A stretch of DNA of 64,000 nucleotides from Waterburya sp. Lineage in GTDB: Bacteria > Cyanobacteriota > Cyanobacteriia > Cyanobacteriales > Xenococcaceae. Below are positions 49,302 through 59,248 of this stretch, in pieces. The notes beneath the pieces were generated by a model, which saw only the letters and a program-made list of their open reading frames with translations, made no database searches and was not told the DNA's origin. The position numbers and the translations under genes were made by a program. The stretch lies in NCBI GenBank assembly GCA_965217895.1, contig CBDCJV010000002.1, forward strand, positions 3,488,001-3,552,000, read 5' to 3'. Every line of letters starts with the position of its first letter. Position 1 is the stretch's first letter.

Positions 49302-51560
49302 CTACAATGATATTTGTGCCACATTAATGGCATTGATTTTCGGGTTGCGATCGAATAATACTTTTGGTCGTAATAAAATTTTGCACAGCAGCCACAAAGA
49401 ATGTAATTCTCCTGGGGTGTTTCTTCTTTTCCATTGTCCAGGGCGACAAAATAAAAGGGCAATCAGCTTTCTTTCTTGCTCTAAGGTTGGGGTATTAAAA
49501 TTTAGGTGAACTGTAAAAAAATCTTCACAGATATCGGCTGCGGTGATGTTTCCTGACAAGTCAATATTTTCTTCGAGAATTAATATATTTACAGGTATGG
49601 TTTCCCCCTCAATTAACCTGCCAATTCCTGCTTGAGTTAGGGAAATATCCGCTCCTACTTCCGAGATACGGGTAGTTATACCATAGTAAGTTTTCTGGTT
49701 GGCTTCTTTTAGCTCCAGTTTAATCAATCGCCGTAGGTTAAACCACTCATTGACATCAGGTTTTGGTACATCTAATAAAATCAATAGTGCTGCGCCAATA
49801 GAAACTAAATTATAGGTACTCCAAATCCAGCCCAAATTTAAGCCCTGCATCTTTTCTGCCATTGCAGGAGAATCGTGCATTGTAGCAAAAGCACAGGCAT
49901 AAAGGTTTGACCAAAAACTGACGGCGGTAAATATAAAGAGGATCAGTAAAGGAGAAGCTAGCTTCCAGTTAAAAGAAAAGCGATCGCTTTTTGTCCCTTT
50001 AGGGGTAACTTTAAAGCCTTTAGAGAAGGGATTAAGCATGACCTGAATTACCGTCACGGCTAAGGGAAACGCCAAGACTAAACCATAGATACCAGATAAA
50101 ATAGCCGATCGCGATCGATAGTTTAGCCAAGAAAAAACCGTTATTTGAGTTATGTAATAAGGTAAGAAGAAAAAGAGAAACTCATCGGTAGTTGCCCTGA
50201 CGGGAATTATGTGCAAAAAGGCATATGCTAAAGGCATAAGCAGGAAAAACACGCTGGAGATACTGGTAAACCAATGAAGTAAACCTTCTAAGTGTGCCAA
50301 TCTTTGCAAAGGATTTAAACCAGGAATGGTTAAAGGATTGGATTTAATAAAAAACGCCTGTAAAGTTCCCCTTGCCCAACGCAGTCTTTGGGTAGCATGG
50401 GCGGCAATGTTTTCCGCAGCCAAACCTGCACTTAGCTTCTCATCAATATATGCCAAACGATAACCCTGCGCCGATAGACGAATACCCGTAAAATAATCCT
50501 CACTCAGAGAATCCGTCACAAAACCACCAATAGATTTTAAAGCTTTGCGTCGCACCACAAAAGAAGTCCCAGAGCAAACTACGCTTCCCGCACCATCTTT
50601 GACGGGCTGTAGCTGACGATAGAATACTTCTTCTTCTGGAGTCAATACATCTTCTAAACCTAAATTACGGGCAATAGGATCGGTGTTATAAAAACTCTGA
50701 GGAGTTTGCACCAAAGCCAAATTATCATCCTGAAAAAAGCCCAAAGTCCGCTCTAGAAAATTCTTAGTAGGAATAAAGTCGGCATCAAAAATAGCAATAA
50801 ATTCTCCATCAGTTAGGGGAATAGCATGATTGATATTTCCTGCTTTTGCATGATAATTATTAGAACGGGTTAGATATTTACAGCCCAATTCTGCTGCTAG
50901 CTGGGCAACGTTTTGGCGTTTGGTATCGTCTAATAGGTAAATAGTTTTGGGTTCATATTCGATCGCCTGACAGCCAATAATTGTCCGTCGTAAAATAAAT
51001 TCTGGCTCATCAAAAGTCGGTACAAAAATATCAACTGTGGGGCGGAAATTACCAGCAATTACTGGTGCAGACAGATGATCTACTTCTCGTCGTCTGTCTT
51101 TAACCTTTAACATTAAAAATAGCTGAAGACTGCTGCTAAATAGAGCAAACATCTCTAAGACAAATAAGCCAATGCTAAATGTCCCCTCCAATGGACCGCT
51201 CAAATTTAAAGTAGAAAGCGATCGCCACTGCACATAACGAAAAGTTAAATACAATAAAACTCCAATTACAATAAATCTTGACCACCTTCTAGGTTCAGGA
51301 GAAACTTTGGTAATTATAAATACCAATAGAAATACGGCGATCGCTGGTAAAAGCAAAAACCGACTCATAACCATCGGTGCTTCTACCCACATAGGAGGGT
51401 TTTCCTGCAATAAATTTAAGTAGGTAAAAATATTTGTAACGACTCCTATGCCAATTGCCCAAAGAATAGCAACCATCGCTGCAACCAGGACAATTCCTAC
51501 CAAAAGTAAAGTAGCCAATTGTGGTCGAATAGTTTTGGCGGTAGTTTTGAGCATAGTCAT
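49302..51560 (-). CDS. bcsA: Cellulose synthase catalytic subunit-like GT2 glycosyltransferase
   Basis: LLDD, HAKAGN, FDADF, QTPQ, SED, QRLRW, FKVTPK; PilZ-like C-terminus. Confidence 0.85.
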   Translation of the reverse strand: MTMLKTTAKTIRPQLATLLLVGIVLVAAMVAILWAIGIGVVTNIFTYLNLLQENPPMWVEAPMVMSRFLLLPAIAVFLLVFIITKVSPEPRRWSRFIVIGVLLYLTFRYVQWRSLSTLNLSGPLEGTFSIGLFVLEMFALFSSSLQLFLMLKVKDRRREVDHLSAPVIAGNFRPTVDIFVPTFDEPEFILRRTIIGCQAIEYEPKTIYLLDDTKRQNVAQLAAELGCKYLTRSNNYHAKAGNINHAIPLTDGEFIAIFDADFIPTKNFLERTLGFFQDDNLALVQTPQSFYNTDPIARNLGLEDVLTPEEEVFYRQLQPVKDGAGSVVCSGTSFVVRRKALKSIGGFVTDSLSEDYFTGIRLSAQGYRLAYIDEKLSAGLAAENIAAHATQRLRWARGTLQAFFIKSNPLTIPGLNPLQRLAHLEGLLHWFTSISSVFFLLMPLAYAFLHIIPVRATTDEFLFFFLPYYITQITVFSWLNYRSRSAILSGIYGLVLAFPLAVTVIQVMLNPFSKGFKVTPKGTKSDRFSFNWKLASPLLILFIFTAVSFWSNLYACAFATMHDSPAMAEKMQGLNLGWIWSTYNLVSIGAALLILLDVPKPDVNEWFNLRRLIKLELKEANQKTYYGITTRISEVGADISLTQAGIGRLIEGETIPVNILILEENIDLSGNITAADICEDFFTVHLNFNTPTLEQERKLIALLFCRPGQWKRRNTPGELHSLWLLCKILLRPKVLFDRNPKINAINVAQISL

Positions 51561-51783
51561 GGCATTGTTGATTAAAAATATGAAATAAACAGTGTTACCG
51601 TTTGTAGCTCATGGCTGACAAGCACCTGAACCTACTCTATAAAAAAGGTTTAATGTTATTGCGTTTAATTAATTTTAGTCGGACACAATTTAATTCTGGA
51701 TAATGAGTCGAAGCTTAAATTGAACTAAGTGCTAAAGCAAAAGTTATTGAGGTAGAAAACAAACTAATTTTGGAGATCGCTGT

Positions 51784-52173
51784 TTAACTTCCAGAAGACT
51801 TAACCACAATACCAATAAAGGCAAATATCCCTGTGACAAAGATTGATATGGCGACAACAAAAGCCAAAGAAGAACGAGATTTGTATCTATAGTTTTCGCG
51901 CTGAATATGTCGTAATTCTTGGCGATGTTCAAAGGCTGCTAGGAAAATTGCGCAAGTGCCGATGCCGATAAAAGAAAGACCCAAAATTCGGGTTACATGA
52001 AGCGAATCGTCCATATAATCTTTTTGCAATGTCGTTACAATACGATCTACCCCAAATCCAAAGCTAATCAGCGACAAACAGGTACGAATCCACGCCATGA
52101 GAGTACGTTCTGCTGCTGCACGGTTACGCTCTTTAGCCAATTCAGTATTTGTATTCGGCGTATTATTAGACAT
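51784..52173 (-). CDS. DUF202/YidH membrane protein
   Basis: AAERTLMAWIRT, three TMs. Confidence 0.88.
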   Translation of the reverse strand: MSNNTPNTNTELAKERNRAAAERTLMAWIRTCLSLISFGFGVDRIVTTLQKDYMDDSLHVTRILGLSFIGIGTCAIFLAAFEHRQELRHIQRENYRYKSRSSLAFVVAISIFVTGIFAFIGIVVKSSGS

Positions 52174-52273
52174 GACTTTAAAGTAATAAGTAATTATTAA
52201 ATACCCCTAGCGTGAATATAGTCATAAAATATATTTATAGGCTGTATTGCTATCAAGATATAGAGATTGTATT

Positions 52274-52867
52274 ATGTCCCTCAAAATTACGGCAAAGATT
52301 CTGTTAACTTTAACTAGTATGGAAATCTTGTTGCTGTTTAGTGCCTTAACTCCCGTAGCCAAAACGCAAAATATTTATTCGCCAGCCTCCATATCTGCTG
52401 AATCGGTTAAGTCGGCGACAGAATTATCTCAGCGTGGAAAAGCGAAGCTAGAACAGGAAAACTATCGAGGTGCGATCGCTGATTTTAGTCAGGCAATACA
52501 GCTAAATCCTAACAATGCAGAATTTTATTATGAGCGGGGTTCAATTTTAGGCAAGCTAGGGGACAAAGAAGGAGCTATTAGAGATTTTGACAATGCAATT
52601 CTGCGAAATCCTCATTATGCGCGGGCGTACCTAAAAAGAGGAGGAATGTCCATAGACTTAGGATTGGATCAGCGAGTCACAGATTCTAGAGGCGTATATT
52701 TTAGAACCGTGGATTTTAGAGTTAGAAATTCTAGAGCTATACTAGATTTAAGAACTGCAAGAGACTTGTTTGCTCAACAAGGCGATCGCGAAGGATATCA
52801 AACGGCAAATGATTTAATTCAACACTTTGCAGGCAGTTTAGAACCAGAAAAGAACCAAAAATTCTAG
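52274..52867 (+). CDS. Secreted TPR protein
   Basis: Signal-like N-terminus; GAIADFSQAIQLNP TPR repeats. Confidence 0.8.
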   Translation: MSLKITAKILLTLTSMEILLLFSALTPVAKTQNIYSPASISAESVKSATELSQRGKAKLEQENYRGAIADFSQAIQLNPNNAEFYYERGSILGKLGDKEGAIRDFDNAILRNPHYARAYLKRGGMSIDLGLDQRVTDSRGVYFRTVDFRVRNSRAILDLRTARDLFAQQGDREGYQTANDLIQHFAGSLEPEKNQKF

Positions 52868-52876
52868 CTATTTCAA

Positions 52877-54811
52877 TCAACAACGTTCAACACGGTTTCG
52901 TCCCTGTGCCTTAGCCTGATATAAAGCCTTGTCCGCAGCGCGAATTAGACCATCGGCATTGATACTATCGTCGGGAAAACAACTAACGCCAATAGAAATA
53001 CTAATTGATTCTAGCTTTTTGCCTTCGTGTTCTAAATTCAAATTCTTAATTCCTGTTCTAATTGCCTCAGCACGAATAATGGCATCTTCAATTGCAGCAT
53101 CGGGCATAATAACTATTAATTCTTCTCCACCATAGCGACAGGCAACATCGTATTTGCGAACTTGAGACAGAAGAAAAGCGGCTACTTTTTTTAACACCAG
53201 ATCTCCGGCACTATGACCATGAATATCATTAAAACGTTTGAAATGGTCAATATCCATCATTAAAACGCTGATAAACTGCTGTTTTCGATGAGCGCGGTTA
53301 ATTTCTTTGGCTAGAGATTCTTCGAGATAGCGACGATTAAATAAACCAGTTAGAGGATCTTGAAGACTTTGATATCTCAATTTCTCTTGAAGTCTCAAAT
53401 TAGCAAAGGACATAGCAATATTTTGGGCTACGGTTTCGGCTAATTCTTGGGTTGTTCGCTCAATTGTTTTATACTCGTTAAAACACAAATAGAGCATTCC
53501 CAAAGTCTCCCCTTTGGCAATCATCGGTAAACATAAAGTCTGACTATAGTTTGTGTTATGGGCAATATGACCGCAGTATAAACCTGGGGTATCAGAATGA
53601 ACTAGATGGGAATCCCCCCGTCTTAATGCCCAGCATTCTTTTAGCTCAAAGCTGCTATAACTATTAGCCATTCCCCAAGCTGCGATCGCCTTTAATAACT
53701 TTTTGTTGTTGACTAGATATACCGCACCATGACTATCAGGAAATAAAGGACGCAGCAAATCTGCCAGCACTTCTTCTGCTTCAACCAAACTGGCGCAAGC
53801 CTGAATAAATTCATTCATCTGCGCTAATTTGATTCTGGCTTGATTATTTTTTTCCAAAGCCAAGACTTTTTCTTCCAGTTTTTGAGTTAATGTCTCCGCT
53901 TGATCGCGAATTTTCTTACTTTTAGTAATATCTCTGGCTATACCCAAAATCTGCTTTGGTTTGCCATCAGCATTTCTGCTAAAAATAGTATTTTTATCAT
54001 GCAACCAATACCATTGTCCTTGATAATCTCTAATGCGATATTTTATTTCTAAATAATTCTCGTCTTTGAGCAACAGGCAATTCTGAAAATGTTGTTTGAT
54101 TCCCTCCAAATCTTCTGGATGAATTAGTTCATCTAATATTCCAGATTGAAATTTCTCTAAATCTAAGGGACTATACCCTAATAGTTCGCTGATAAAAGAA
54201 TTACAGTAGACGTTACGATTTGACTCTAGATCGTAAATATAGAGAATATTAGGAGTTGAATTTACTATCTTTTCTCTAAATAGTATGCTTTGTTGCAGGT
54301 CTTGATTGACTTTGACCAAAGCAGCAGTTTTTTCATCTACTCTCCGTTCTAATTCTTGATTAAGCTGATGTATTTTTTGTTGAGCAGCTTCTTTTGAATC
54401 TATCTGCTTTTGAAGCTGTTGATTTAAATTTTCTAATTCTTGGGTCGAGGGCAAGCTAAGTGCTTGTGGTATTAGAGGGATTAAGGATAAAGCCGTATAT
54501 AGAGAAATTAGAGCCGTAAATGCCTTAACTATTCCCGATAGCCAATAATCAGAATGCCATAAAGTCCAAATAGATAACAGATGAGTCGTCCCACAGAACA
54601 ATATAAACGCACTAAAAAGAATAAAAATACTTTTGTAGGGTAAGTCTTGGCGATTGCGAACAAAATAAATTAGAGCCAGCGGGATCGAATAATAGGCGAT
54701 CGCAATTAGAGCATCAGCAGCAACATGAAGCCAAATCAAAGAGGGTTGCCATAAATAACAATGACCATGAGGAATATACTGCAAAGCTGACAATACCTGG
54801 GGTACGATCAT
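52877..54811 (-). CDS. Diguanylate cyclase with ethylene-receptor-like TM domain, PAS and GAF
   Basis: DALIAIAYYSIP, FILFCGTTH; PAS (IHPED); DPLTGLFNRR, RKYD I-site, GGEEL. Confidence 0.9.
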   Translation of the reverse strand: MIVPQVLSALQYIPHGHCYLWQPSLIWLHVAADALIAIAYYSIPLALIYFVRNRQDLPYKSIFILFSAFILFCGTTHLLSIWTLWHSDYWLSGIVKAFTALISLYTALSLIPLIPQALSLPSTQELENLNQQLQKQIDSKEAAQQKIHQLNQELERRVDEKTAALVKVNQDLQQSILFREKIVNSTPNILYIYDLESNRNVYCNSFISELLGYSPLDLEKFQSGILDELIHPEDLEGIKQHFQNCLLLKDENYLEIKYRIRDYQGQWYWLHDKNTIFSRNADGKPKQILGIARDITKSKKIRDQAETLTQKLEEKVLALEKNNQARIKLAQMNEFIQACASLVEAEEVLADLLRPLFPDSHGAVYLVNNKKLLKAIAAWGMANSYSSFELKECWALRRGDSHLVHSDTPGLYCGHIAHNTNYSQTLCLPMIAKGETLGMLYLCFNEYKTIERTTQELAETVAQNIAMSFANLRLQEKLRYQSLQDPLTGLFNRRYLEESLAKEINRAHRKQQFISVLMMDIDHFKRFNDIHGHSAGDLVLKKVAAFLLSQVRKYDVACRYGGEELIVIMPDAAIEDAIIRAEAIRTGIKNLNLEHEGKKLESISISIGVSCFPDDSINADGLIRAADKALYQAKAQGRNRVERC

Positions 54812-54962
54812 ATTTATTGATACTTAATGTTACTCAATTTACATTTTGTCTCATTAAGTTAACTTATCTAATTTATCAGCGTCTACAGTCATTCGATAGA
54901 AAATGATCTTCAGGTTTATGTAGGAGCGAAACGCCCTTCGCAATTACAATTCATATTGCCCT

Positions 54963-56073
54963 TTAAACCATTTGATTTTCCTGGCGCAAATAAGCCTCAA
55001 TAAAAGGATCTAAGTTACCATCCATCACATCGTTGATATCCGTGGTTTCAGTTTCCGTCCGTAAATCTTTAACCATCTGATAGGGATGAAAGACATAGTT
55101 ACGAATTTGATTACCCCAGGCAGCATCAACGATATCACCACGAATTTCGGCAATTTCTTGCGCTCGTTGTTCTTCGGCAATAATCAGTAACTTGGCTTTT
55201 AAAAGGGCTAAAGCTCGCTCTTTGTTTTGTAGCTGAGAACGTTCTTCGGTACAGCGTACGGCAATTTTGGTTGGTAGGTGAACAATTTGTACGGCGGTTT
55301 CAACTTTATTTACGTTTTGTCCTCCCGCACCACCAGAACGAGAAGTTTTAATTTCTAAATCTTTGTCAGGGATTTCGAGATTAAGCTCTTCATCTCCCAG
55401 GTTGGGCATAATTTCCACCCCTGCAAAACTAGTTTGCCTTTTCCCGTTAGCGTTAAAGGGTGAGATTCTGACCAGACGATGAGTTCCTTTTTCGGCTTTT
55501 AAATAGCCATAGGCATAACGCCCCTCTACCTCTAGGGTAGCTGATTTAATTCCTGCTTCATCTCCTGGAGAAGATTCTGCTAAACTGACTTTGTAGCCTT
55601 GTTTTTCGCTCCAGCGAGTATACATTCTCAAAAGCATTTCTGCCCAATCCTGAGCGTCTGTACCACCAGCACCAGCGTTAATAGTTAATACAGCCCCTTT
55701 AGTGTCGTATGTGCCAGACAAAAGCTGCTGCAATTCCCAAAGTTCCAAGTCTTTAGCAAGCTGTTCTAAATTGGTTTGGGCTTCTGTGGCTAGGGCTTCA
55801 TCGGCTTCTAATTCTAGTAGTTCAGCGATCGCTTTACTGTCTTCAAGGGTACTCTGCCAATGCTGATATTGTTCCAAACTAGACTTAAGCTCGTTTAGCT
55901 CTTGTAAAACTTTTTGGGCAGTATCTTGATCGTCCCAAAACTCTGGCTGTGCTGCCCTTTGCTCTAAATCCTGTATTTTAGCAGTGATGGCAGGAGGGTC
56001 AAAGATACTCCTGAGTTTTACCCAGGCGTTGAGAAATAGCTTCGATATTACGCTTTAATTCTGATACTTCCAT
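54963..56073 (-). CDS. prfB: Peptide chain release factor 2 with programmed +1 frameshift
   Basis: ATG 56073, 24 codons to AGGAG-TAT-CTT-TGA-C (TGA 56001-55999), continuing at 56000; SPF and GGQ motifs. Confidence 0.96.
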
Positions 56074-56094
56074 TATCAATTATCAAATTGTTAT

Positions 56095-57036
56095 TTAGGT
56101 AAAAGCCACATTGGATAATAGTTTGAGGGGAGTTAGTTCTTTTAGTAATTCTAACGAGGCGCGGTCGCGCACAAATAGAGAGCCTGCAAAACCTAGTGAA
56201 TTAATTGGTATATTTTGATATGATTCTTGGGAGCGTGGCACAACTAACATCCAATCTCTAGTAGCCAAAAAATTATATGCTCCTGGCTGTTTGTTAGCCT
56301 GACCAATGTCTAAACCAACCTCATTTAATAAATTATAATACTGCTTCAGCATGATTTTAGCAGCTTTAGTCGGTGAATCATGAGGTGATAAATCCAAAGA
56401 GGCGATCGCATGGCGAAAAGGAAAGCTGGCAAGTGTACCTAAAGAATTCTTAAAATCAATTTTGGCAATCGCCTGTTCTAACGGCAAGTGAACCACATCG
56501 GCTAAAAACGGCAGGGGAATTAGTTGAAGATGCTTGTGTCGCTGAGAAGCACCAGCAGCCTTTCCCCCGTTGAAAAAGGCTAACCCGTCTATTTCCTGCA
56601 TACAAAACCACAAAGCATTAAAGTCTTGCAGATTGAGTAAATCTGTTTGCTCTCTAAAAGCACGAGTTACAATCAGCAGATGATTATCAACCACATTAAA
56701 TTTGTTGAGCAAACATATATGAGTTTGGGAAATGTCACCAACAAATAAGTCAGGCTCGTAAGGCAAAAAAGGATCGATTCGCTTACCTATTTTTTCTTGC
56801 TGTTTTTGTTGCTTTTGTGCCTGTTCTTTGCGGGCTATATTACCTAGGGTGCGAACCACAAAAGAAATATCATTCTGTTGAATTATATGATACTCAGTTT
56901 CAATCGATTTAAGCGCGCCACACTCGCGGGCAAACTTGGTTTTTTGCGCAGTTTTTGACCATAAAGTATTAGGTTGTAACATAAGGTCGGCGATCGCTTT
57001 GGTTGCTGATTCTTCCATAATCGATAATGGGAGCAA
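56095..57036 (-). CDS. Ap4A phosphorylase II / ATP adenylyltransferase
   Basis: DPFLPYE, LNKFNV, GASQRHKHLQ, NSLGFAG. Confidence 0.88.
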   Translation of the reverse strand: MLPLSIMEESATKAIADLMLQPNTLWSKTAQKTKFARECGALKSIETEYHIIQQNDISFVVRTLGNIARKEQAQKQQKQQEKIGKRIDPFLPYEPDLFVGDISQTHICLLNKFNVVDNHLLIVTRAFREQTDLLNLQDFNALWFCMQEIDGLAFFNGGKAAGASQRHKHLQLIPLPFLADVVHLPLEQAIAKIDFKNSLGTLASFPFRHAIASLDLSPHDSPTKAAKIMLKQYYNLLNEVGLDIGQANKQPGAYNFLATRDWMLVVPRSQESYQNIPINSLGFAGSLFVRDRASLELLKELTPLKLLSNVAFT

Positions 57037-57063
57037 TAACTATCTATTGTGCATCGTCAATTA

Positions 57064-57992
57064 TCAATTGTTTAAGGCTGCTTGACAATCTTTAGTAATT
57101 TGCTGCTTTAATTCTTCTACAGAGTCAAACTTTTGTTCTGGGCGTAAAAAATCAAGTAAATTCACTTTTAAAGTTTGACCATAAAGATTTCCTGACCAGT
57201 CAAGTAAATGAACTTCAATAGTCGGAGTTTTTCCCGCCACCGTCGGACGACAGCCAATATTCAGCACTCCTTTAACTGTAGCTCGATCCACAAATACATC
57301 CACTGCATACACGCCAAATCGGGGTAAAAACTTTTCAGCAGGAGGCTTGATGTTAGCCGTAGGAAAGCCAATAGTTCTGCCCAACTGTTGTCCTGAAACA
57401 ACTTCCCCAATTAGGCTATAAGGTCTACCCAACAAAGTATTAGCAGAAGTAATTTCTCCATTTGATAAAGCTTGTCTAATTAAAGAACTACTTACTCTTA
57501 CTGCATCACCAGCAGCATCTTGATATTTGCGCAGAGAGTTAAGCTGTACTGTAATGCCAAAATCAGCAGCGATATTACGTAAGTCTTCCCCCGTCCCTTT
57601 TCTTTGCCAACCAAAACGAAAATCTGAGCCAACGCTAATTTGTCTAGCCTGTAGCTGCTGAACTATGATTTGCTCAACAAACTGCTGGGGGCTAAGAGAA
57701 GCCAAATTGCGATCAAATGGTAAAAGAATTAGCTGCTCGATTCCCATACTAGCTAGCAAGTCTGCTTTTTCGGCAACAGGAGTCAGCAGTTGCACCTGTC
57801 CACCTGTAAAAAATTCGCGAGGATGGGGAGTGAAGCTAACGACAGAAGGACATACATGGCTATTCTTTTGAGATTGTCCAGAGTCGATAATTGGTTGCAG
57901 CACCGTCTGATGCCCTTGATGAATGCCGTCAAAATTACCAAGAGCGATCGCTGTAGGGGTTGAAACTGTTCTGTTGAAGATGCAATTAACAC
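57064..57992 (-). CDS. ribF: Bifunctional riboflavin kinase/FAD synthetase; 5' start ambiguous
   Basis: LGNFDGIHQGH, VSSSLIR, GRTIGFPTAN, IEVHLLD; the family-like start GTG 57992 is out of frame. Confidence 0.93.
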
Positions 57993-58027
57993 GCTTTACA
58001 TTTTGACACAATTTATGACCCGCAATC

Positions 58028-58145
58028 AAAAAAAACCCCTAGGTACCAAACTAGGGGCAATTTATGTAACAGATATTATCTGTTCCATAGCTCTATCTCT
58101 TCTCTAATATCATCTGTATTTCAGTAAAAGATGATGATCCAGGTC
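58028..58145 (-). ncRNA. Candidate sRNA (PsrR1-like?) ending in a strong terminator upstream of ribF
   Basis: Minus strand ...GAGCTATGGAAC...cccctagtttggtacctagggg-TTTTTTTT; no upstream gene on this strand; 5' end is a guess. Confidence 0.4.
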
Positions 58146-58182
58146 ACACTTAAAAGATGAGTTTGATCGATGATTACTGATC

Positions 58183-58279
58183 TAAGGGCGAACGGTGAGA
58201 CAGCGCGTCGCCGTCAGGCGCGAAGGAACGCTGACAAGCGCAAGGGAATGCTCGACTTGCGGGTCAGCTATTGCCCACA
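58183..58279. repeat. REP-derived composite repeat
   Basis: aagggcgaacgg...gcaagggaatgctcgacttgcgg...gccc; shares a block (reversed) with 9178-9202. Confidence 0.6.
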
Positions 58280-58338
58280 ACAAATGTTAATTGTTAGAGT
58301 AATACAGCCTAAACCTATTGAGATAAATTATTAAGCTA

Positions 58339-59061
58339 ATGATGAATTTAACTCAGGAACTAGCAAGCAGTGTAGCTCAAATGTTTCCTGATGCTATTTT
58401 CTATAAAAAAACTACCGAAAAAGTAGTTGCTTTAACTATTGATGATGCGCCCTGTTATCAGGATCGAGAAGATGTTGGTACTAAACTGATTTTAAAAGCG
58501 ATCGCGACCCATAATAAGCAATATAGTCATTTAGAACCGGCCAGAGCCACCTTTTTTATCATTAGCAGTCATTTGTGTCCAGATTCGCAAATTGTACCCG
58601 AAATTATCGCCAATGGTCATGAAATAGGCAATCATGGTGTTATTGATGAGACTCATGCGTGGTTGACTCCCCAACAGTTTGAACAACAGTTAAAAGAAGC
58701 TCATGAAAAATTATTAGAGCTTACAGGGAATAATGAGATTCGCTGGTATCGCCCTGGAAGAGGCTTGTATAATCAAAAAATGCTCCAGGCGATCGCCAAT
58801 TTGACGGCAGCAGAAAATTATGATCTCAGGCTTGTGCTGGCTTCGATGATTCCTTTTGATACTTTCGATTTTGCTAATAATCCTTGGTTAACGGCAATGT
58901 ATACCAGACAGATGATTTTTCCTGGGGCAATTTTAGTCTTTCATGCCAATTCTTTCAAAGTAGCCCAAAATACGGCGATCGCTTTAGAAACTATTTTAAG
59001 AGATTTAAGACAAAGAGATTATCGTATTGTCACCGTCAGCGAACTGTTAGACAAAGCATAA
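58339..59061 (+). CDS. Polysaccharide deacetylase (NodB-like)
   Basis: ALTIDD, ATFF, GHEIGNH, YRPG, ILVFH. Confidence 0.88.
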   Translation: MMNLTQELASSVAQMFPDAIFYKKTTEKVVALTIDDAPCYQDREDVGTKLILKAIATHNKQYSHLEPARATFFIISSHLCPDSQIVPEIIANGHEIGNHGVIDETHAWLTPQQFEQQLKEAHEKLLELTGNNEIRWYRPGRGLYNQKMLQAIANLTAAENYDLRLVLASMIPFDTFDFANNPWLTAMYTRQMIFPGAILVFHANSFKVAQNTAIALETILRDLRQRDYRIVTVSELLDKA

Positions 59062-59117
59062 ATTATAAATAAATTATAGCGATCGCTCAAACAATTAATC
59101 ATTTAAAATGTTTGACG

Positions 59118-59211
59118 AGCGATGCAGCGCGTTGTAAAGCCAGTCCTTTGCGGGTGTTCCGCCCGTTATAGGAACTGGCGCGGGGTTTCCCCCATTGTAG
59201 CGACTGCATCA
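59118..59211. repeat. Nested small dispersed repeat (same shell as 6792-6887)
   Basis: agcgatgcagcgcg...ggggtttccccc...agcgactgcatca with a related element (59139-59179) inside. Confidence 0.75.
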
Positions 59212-59248
59212 ACAAAGGCTTAAGCTGCATGTAGCGATCTCTATAATC

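Noticed and set aside
55998..56010. prfB as a pseudogene
   Set aside because: The CTT-TGA-C site with an upstream SD-like AGGAG is the well-known programmed frameshift.
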